Source of the DNA: the human T2T-CHM13v2.0 reference genome, Homo sapiens
Direction: 5' to 3' (one strand)
Length of the DNA: 64,000 nt
Assembly: GCF_009914755.1 (NCBI RefSeq)
Contig: NC_060939.1
The notes under the pieces were generated by a model, which was not told the DNA's origin, ran no database searches, and saw only the letters and a program-made list of their open reading frames with translations. Shown piece after piece: positions 58,898 through 64,000 of this stretch. Every line of letters starts with the position of its first letter. The stretch's first letter is position 1. The position numbers were made by a program, and so were the translations under genes.

Positions 58898-59520
58898 TTA
58901 AAAAAGCAGGAGTTGCTATAATAATATCAGATAGAGTTCATGGCAAAAAGAATTTCTAGAACAAAAGAGAAATATTACATAATAACAAAAGAGCAAGAGT
59001 ATATCTTGATCCTAAATATATGTGCACCAAACAACACAGCTTCAAAACACATGAAGCAAAACCTGATAGAGCTTAAAAAAGAAATAGAAAAATCCATAAT
59101 TATAGTTGGGATATGTCGACATCTCACTTTCAGAATTTGTAAAATTACTAGAAAAAAAATCAGCAAGAATATAGGATAACTAAACAATATTATTAGCCAA
59201 TAGGGTAAAATTAACATTTATGGAAAACTCTATCCATCAACAGCAAACTATGCATTATTTTCAAGCTCTTATAGAACAGACTCTAGATCTTAAAACAAAC
59301 CTTAACAAATTTTTAAAAACTGAAATCATACAAAGAGTGTCCTCTGACCAAAATGGAATCAAACTGGAAATAAATTGCAGAAAGACAAGAGAAAAATCTG
59401 CAAACACTTGGAAATTAAGCAGTAAACATTTATATACAATGTGGACAAGAAGAAGTCTCAAAGGGAATTTTTAAAAAGCAAGTAACAATGAAAATATGGC
59501 ATATCAAAATTTGTGGATGA

Positions 59521-59806
59521 GGCTGGGTGCAATGGCTTACTCCTGTAATCCCAGCACTTTGGGAGGCTGTGGCAGGTGGATCGCTTTTTGAGCCCAGGAG
59601 TTCAAGACTAGCCTGGGCAACATGGTGAAATCCCTATCTCTGCAAAAAATTATCCAGGTGTGGTGGCATGCACCTGTAGTCCCAGTTACTTGGGAGGCTG
59701 AGATAGGGAGGATTGCTTGAGCCCAGAAGGTTGAGGCTGCAACGAGTGGAGATTGTGCTACTGCACTCCAGCTTCGGTGACAGAATGAGACCTTGTCTTA
59801 AAAAAC
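59521..59806 (+). mobile_element. AluJ inside the L1M
   Basis: Full sense dimer. Confidence 0.88.
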
Positions 59807-62254
59807 AATTGAGGGATTCAGCTATAGCAGAGCTGAGAGAGAAATTTATAGCACTAAATCCTTATATTAGTAATATGGAAAGTTCTCAAACCAGTAGTCA
59901 AAAAACTAAAAGAGGAATAGTAAAATAAAGTTAAGGCAAATAGGACGGAAAGCGAAGAGCAGAAATTGATGAAATTAAAAACAGGAAAGCAATGCAGAAC
60001 ATTAAGGAAATAAAAAACAGGTTCTTCAAAAAATTAATAAAACTGATAATCCTCTAGCATGATCAACAAAGATAAAAGGAGATAACACACAAATCAGCAA
60101 TATCAGGAATGAAACAAGAAATATCACAAAAGAGGCTGCATCTATGAAAAATGCTATAAAAATTTTATGCTCATACATTTGACAGCCTAGGAAAAAATGG
60201 ATCAATTCCTTGAAAACCACAAATTACCACAACTCAGAAAAGATGAAATATATAAAAGCCTGAATAGTCCTATAATCATTATATAAATTGGATTTGTAAC
60301 TAAAAAGCTCCTGAACACAATATATCCAGACCCAGTGGTTTCACTGGAGAATTTACCAAATATTTAAAGAAGAATCAACACCAGTTTTACACAGTCTCTT
60401 CCAGAAAATAGAAGAGAAAGGACTATGATATCATTATTTTGATATCAAAACAAAACAAAGACAGCACAAAGGAAGGAAGGAAGGGAGGGAGGAAGGAGGC
60501 AGGGACAGAGGAAAGAACCTTGCAGGCTGATTTTGCTCATAAGCTTAGATGGAAAAATCCTCAAGACAGTGTCAGCAAATCAAATTTAGTGATGCATAAA
60601 AAGAGTAGTAGACCACAATCAAGAGGAATTTCACTCAAGTTATGCAAGACTGTTTTAATATTTGAAAAGCCAATCCACATATTCTGTTTTGTAAACTGAA
60701 GAAAAATCATAATGATCTTATCAATTGACATAGGAAAAGGTTTTGACAAAATTCAAAACCTATTCATGATATAAACTCTTAGCAAACTTGGAATAGAGGG
60801 TAATTTCCTCCAACTTCATAAAGAGCATTTACAAAAATCTACAGTTAACATCACACTTAATGGTGAAAGAATGAATGCTTTCCCCTTAAGAGCAGGAACA
60901 AGGCAAGAATGTTCCCTTTCACCATTTTAATTCAAGATAGTACTAGAAGTTCTAACCAGTGTAATAAGACCAGAAAAAGAAATAAAAAGTATGCAGATTG
61001 AAAAGAAAGAAAGAAAACTATCACTGCTTGCATGTGGCATAATCATCTACATAAACAGTCCCATGGAACAAAAAAAAAATCCTTGATATAAAGAGTGAGA
61101 ATATCAAGGCTGCAATACACAAGAATAACACACATACACAAATTACATCTCTCTATGGTAACAATAAACAAGTGGAAACCAAAATAAAAACTGCAATACC
61201 ATTTACAACTGCTCAAAATACATGAAGTATTAATATGTAGGAATAAATCTAATAAAACATATACAGGAGAATATATGCAAATTACAAAATTCTGCTGAAA
61301 GAAATCAAACATCTACATAAATGGAGAGTCATGCCATATTCAGGGATGGGAATTCTCAACATAGATGTCAGCTTCCTTCAAATTGCAGGTTTAATAGAAT
61401 TCTAAATCTTGGCATTGTTTTTTGTATACATATGCAAACTTATTGTAAACTTTATATTAAAAGGAAGTGGACCTAGTTTAGCTGAAACAATTCTGAAAAA
61501 GAATAATTAAATAGAAGAAATCACTGTACCAATTATTAAAGCTTACTCTACAACTACAGTAATCAACTCAGTATGGTGCTGGTGGAGGGAGAGACACATT
61601 AATTACTGGTGCAAGATAGAGATCCCACCCCAGAAATATGCTTAATTAATTTTTGAGAAAGATGCAACAGCACTTTAGTAGAGGACTGATAGCCCTTTCA
61701 ACAAGTGCTGCAGGAACAATCAGACATCCATAGGCAAGGAGATGAGGCTTGGCCTGACCTTCACATTTTATACAAAACATAACACAAGGATCATGGGCTT
61801 AAATGTCAAACTGTAATATTTTCAGGAAAAAAAAAGAAGAAAATCTTCAGGATCAGGGACTAGGCAGAGCCCTTAGACTTGACATCAAAATACAATTTAT
61901 AAAAGAAAAAATTGATAAATTGGACCTCATCAAAATTAAATTTTTTTTTGCTCTGCAAAAGACGCAATTGGGATGATGGAAAGATAAGTTACAGAATGAG
62001 AGAAAATATTTGCAAATCACATATCTGACAAAGAACTTGTGTCAAGAATAAAGAACTCTCAGAACTCAACATAAAATAAATAAGTAATCAAATTAAAAAT
62101 GCGCAAATGACATGAACAGATATTTGACCAAAGCAAATATTCTTTGTACATGAAAGGATGGTCAGCAACATTAGCCATTAGGAAAGTTGAAATTAAAACC
62201 ACAATGAGACATCACTACATATTAGAATGGCTTTTTAAAAAGTGATTAGCACTA

Positions 62255-62368
62255 GGCTGGGTGCAGCAGCTCACGCTCGTAATCCCAGAATTTTGGGAGG
62301 CCGAGGCGAGTGGATCATTTGAGATCAGGAGTTTGAGACCAGCCTGGCCAACAGGGTGAAACCCCATC
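62255..62368 (+). mobile_element. AluS left arm, abruptly truncated
   Basis: ggctgggtgcag...ggtgaaaccccatc followed by non-Alu sequence. Confidence 0.88.
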
Positions 62369-62912
62369 ACCCCTAGTGACCCACTAGCAAAAGTTTTGCT
62401 CCTTGTCCCCACCACCTTATGCTCTGCTGGCCTAGAGGTCTTAGTTCCAGAGGAAGGAATGCTGCCGCCAAAAGACAGAGGGATGATCCATTGCGCTGGA
62501 AGTTTAGGCTGCCATCTGGTGGCACCAAGCTCCTCATGCCTCTGGATCAACAGGTAAAGAAGGAGTTAACTACGCTGGTGGGGGTGGCTGGTCCAGATCA
62601 CCAAGGAGAAACTGCCCTGCTGCTTCACAATGGACTGAGGAAGAGCATGTCTGGGGTACAGGAGGGCCCTCGTGGCATGCGCTGTGATTAAGATCAATGG
62701 AAAAGCACAACAGCCCAATCTAGGCAGGATTAATAATGGTCCAGAACCTTCAGGAATGAAGGTTCCCCCACCAGGTTAAAAACCACAACCAGTGGAGGCT
62801 TCCTGAAGGCAAAGGGAATACAGACTGGGGAGTGCAAGAAGGTAGTTATAGGACCATGTGACCAGCTACAGAAACCAGGACTGCAATTGTCATGAAACTT
62901 TCCTCCTTATTT
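62364..62912 (+). mobile_element. ERV-L internal fragment (dUTPase region and 3' end of pol), degenerate
   Basis: ITPSDPLAK..LCSAGLEVLVPE; WKFRLPSG..LLMPLDQQVKKELTTLVGVAGPDHQGETALLLHNG resembles HERV-L dUTPase. Confidence 0.85.
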
Positions 62913-62944
62913 GCTGAGAGAGATAGAGAGAGAGAGTGTTTAAA

Positions 62945-63825
62945 GTTTTGGAAGAAAACATAGGAAGAAATCTTCATTAATTGAGGTTAGGGAAATTGTT
63001 CTTAGACATGATGCCAAATGCATGTAAAAGCAAAAATCCGTCAATTAGACTTGATCAAAATAAAAAATATAGCTTTGCAAAAGACACTATTAAAAGACAC
63101 TGAAAAGACAGCTATAGGCTGGGAGAGAATATCTACAAACCACATATCCAACGAAGAAAGTAGTCTGACATATATAAAGAACTCTTAAAATCAAGTTAGA
63201 AAACCATCCAAACAAAAGTGGGTAAAAGACTTGGACCCTCACTGAAGAGGACGCTCTATGTGGAAGACAGAAAGCCTATGAGAGACCATCAACACTAATC
63301 ACTAGGGAAATGCAAATCAAAACCATAGTGAGGTGCCACTGGAAAGCAGTTTGACAGTTCTGTTAAACCACATGGCCCAGCAGTCCCATAACGAATTTTC
63401 CTGGAGTAAGGAAAATTTGTGTTCACATGAAAACCTCTGCAGAAATGTTTATGGCAACTCTATGCATAATCGCCTAAATCTGGACACAACCACACGTCCT
63501 CCCATGGCTGAAGAGGTAACCACCTGTGTCTCCCTGTGTAGGCTAACACCATTCCACAATTGAAAGGAACATGTCACTGACACACAGAGCATTGGGGTGG
63601 ATCTCAAAAACATGATGCTTAGCGAAAGCAGCCAGTTACAAAGAGCCCATGCTGCATATCTCCACTCACATGACCTTCCTGAGACAATGGCGTGACAGGG
63701 ATAGAAGGCAAATCAGCAGTCAGCAGGGTTGGGTGGGGAGGGCTGGACTCCAGCAAGAGGGGTGCCATTCCTCGGCATCCTGACTGTGGAACCTTGTACG
63801 TGTGAAAATTCTCAGACCTAAACAC
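62945..63825 (+). mobile_element. Old L1M ORF2 3' end and 3' UTR (second copy)
   Basis: gaagaaaacataggaagaaatcttc...agggaaatgcaaatcaaaacca...gatctcaaaaacatgatgcttagcgaa. Confidence 0.8.
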
Positions 63826-63902
63826 CTCTTTTAAATGGGACCAGATGGGGAAATAAAACTATCATTTTTTGGTCATCTGTTTCGTATCAGTCACCACAGG
63901 TA

Positions 63903-63966
63903 CAGTTGTGACCCTTGAACAACACAAGTCTGAACTACATGGGTCCACCTACATACAGATTTTTTC
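63903..63966 (+). mobile_element. Tigger2-type DNA transposon end
   Basis: ta-cagttgtgacccttgaacaacac...tgaactacatgggtccac. Confidence 0.65.
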
Positions 63967-64000
63967 TTAAAAAAATTTTTTTTTAAATTAAATCTTCTTA

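Overview
Hominoid (most likely human) genomic DNA, dominated by interspersed repeats: about 40 Alu pieces, one SVA, a near full-length L1PA, old L1M, L2, MIR, MaLR/ERV1/ERVL LTRs and DNA-transposon relics. The only recognisable host-gene sequence is a terminal coding exon plus 3' UTR of rhophilin-2 (RHPN2) at 10109-~11230, preceded by about 10 kb of Alu-dense intron. It looks like an unprocessed duplicate, probably RHPN2P1-type, rather than the parent gene. The window appears to be a mosaic of blocks joined at Alu-associated junctions (~11235, ~53590, ~62365). The most unusual local structure is a ~140 bp inverted repeat (30632-30770 / 31422-31564) in which each arm carries one Hsmar1/MADE1 terminal inverted repeat. 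I found no support for a new protein-coding system: nearly all ORFs in the track are Alu, L1, SVA or ERV translations or low-complexity sequence. Repeat subfamily names come from recalled consensus sequences and boundaries were read by eye.
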